Source: an uncultured Candidatus Obscuribacterales bacterium (GTDB lineage Bacteria > Cyanobacteriota > Vampirovibrionia > Obscuribacterales > Obscuribacteraceae). Taken from it: a stretch of 35,372 nucleotides of DNA. The notes under the pieces were generated by a model that saw only the letters and a list, made by a program, of their open reading frames with translations, had not been told where the DNA came from and searched no databases. This document shows positions 34,760 to 35,372 of this stretch, piece by piece (positions within the stretch are counted from its first letter, which is position 1; each line of letters begins with the position of its first letter). Position numbers and translations under genes: made by a program. The stretch lies in the NCBI GenBank assembly GCA_964607945.1, contig CAZSNX010000002.1, positions 1 to 35,372 on the forward strand, written 5' to 3'.

Positions 34760-35372
34760 ATGGTAGCTTCAATTTCAAGACAACGTGCTAAAGAGAGCAA
34801 CCTTCTAGGCTTCATGCGCCGGACGAAGATTGACTCCGCCGACAGTGTCGGCATATCCAAGCTGCCGGCAATGGCGGTGCCAAGACCGCACGGCTCTGCC
34901 GCCGGATTAATCCCGATCTGGGACCTCTTCCAGGATGACAATTCAGGTCTGGGGGTGATCGTCCTTAAAGACGGAAGCTATCGTTGCTGTTTTGAAGTCG
35001 ACGGCGTTCACGTGAGCGGTTTCGATGAAGTACGGTTGGTCTCCTTGATGAACCACTTTACCGGCTTTCTCAATTCGATCGACACATCCGTTCAGCTCAC
35101 GATCGTCTGTCACAACATAAGCAAGAGAGAATATTTCGCACGCCATCCGGTAGAGGTAATTGATGATGAGTTTCTCAAATACGTCGCACGCTCTGTTGAA
35201 AACGATAAAGCATTTCTTCTCTCCAAGAACTTCATTCCAGAGCTCAAGTTCTACGTCACTTTCTGCTATCGCCCCCCGCGCGAAAAGCCAGCCAAGCAAG
35301 GATGGCTCGAAAGCACGCTCAGCCACATTCAAGATGTCTTCACAAATCAAGCCGCACGTCAGACGGTCGGGC
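34760..35372 (+). CDS. VirB4/TraE-like type IV secretion ATPase, N-terminal fragment; runs off the window end
   Basis: My own translation from ATG 34760 (5 nt after the upstream stop) is open to the window end and is not in the ORF track. GLGVIVLKDGSYRCCFEVDGVHVSGFDEVRLVSLMNHFTGFLNSIDTSVQLTIV follows the N-terminal pattern of VirB4-family proteins (dG.y...levdg.n.....e......f..fLnsl....iq). Confidence 0.65.
   Translation, partial: MVASISRQRAKESNLLGFMRRTKIDSADSVGISKLPAMAVPRPHGSAAGLIPIWDLFQDDNSGLGVIVLKDGSYRCCFEVDGVHVSGFDEVRLVSLMNHFTGFLNSIDTSVQLTIVCHNISKREYFARHPVEVIDDEFLKYVARSVENDKAFLLSKNFIPELKFYVTFCYRPPREKPAKQGWLESTLSHIQDVFTNQAARQTVG

Noticed and set aside
34943-35350. 135-aa minus-strand ORF listed in the track
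   Set aside because: It is antisense to the plus-strand frame, which shows a VirB4-type N-terminal pattern and is positioned 5 nt after the VirB3-like gene.

Overview
This is a 35.4 kb window from an unidentified bacterium. It uses Shine-Dalgarno sites and is probably diderm. I cannot assign a taxon from the sequence alone.

Positions 1-21075 look like ordinary chromosomal backbone:
- a signal-peptide TPR/CHAT protein that runs off the left edge (absent from the ORF track)
- a glycine-zipper protein followed by glpD
- a minus-strand sugar-activation and glycosylation set (SDR epimerase/dehydratase, rfbF, GT2, Zn-ribbon methyltransferase)
- a 2-hydroxyacid dehydrogenase and a DUF2029/GT87-like membrane glycosyltransferase
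- lgt, then radA-uvrC (GTGA overlap)
- a YfhO-like GT-C membrane protein
- rarA and two charged/coiled-coil hypotheticals

Positions 21444-35372 form a co-directional plus-strand cluster that I read as an atypical type IV secretion or conjugation-like apparatus. In order it contains:
- four consecutive signal-peptide Pro/Gly/Gln-rich proteins, two of them clear paralogs
- a small VirB2/TrbC-like two-helix pilin candidate with a strong SD and a downstream hairpin
- two tandem giant paralogs (1314 and 1253 aa), each with a VirB6/TrbL-like polytopic N-terminal module and a conserved C-terminal extension of about 800 aa that I cannot assign
- a DUF2225-like zinc-ribbon protein
- a VirB3/PrgI-like two-TM protein
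- the N-terminus of a VirB4-like ATPase that runs off the right edge (also absent from the ORF track)

A GGGAWTYCCCC-type motif recurs in three intergenic gaps of this cluster. Two of the sites share the same two-copy architecture and the same spacing to a -10-like hexamer.

I found no rRNA, tRNA, CRISPR, integrase, transposase, relaxase or coupling protein in the window. All family assignments come from reading motifs by eye, not from searches.
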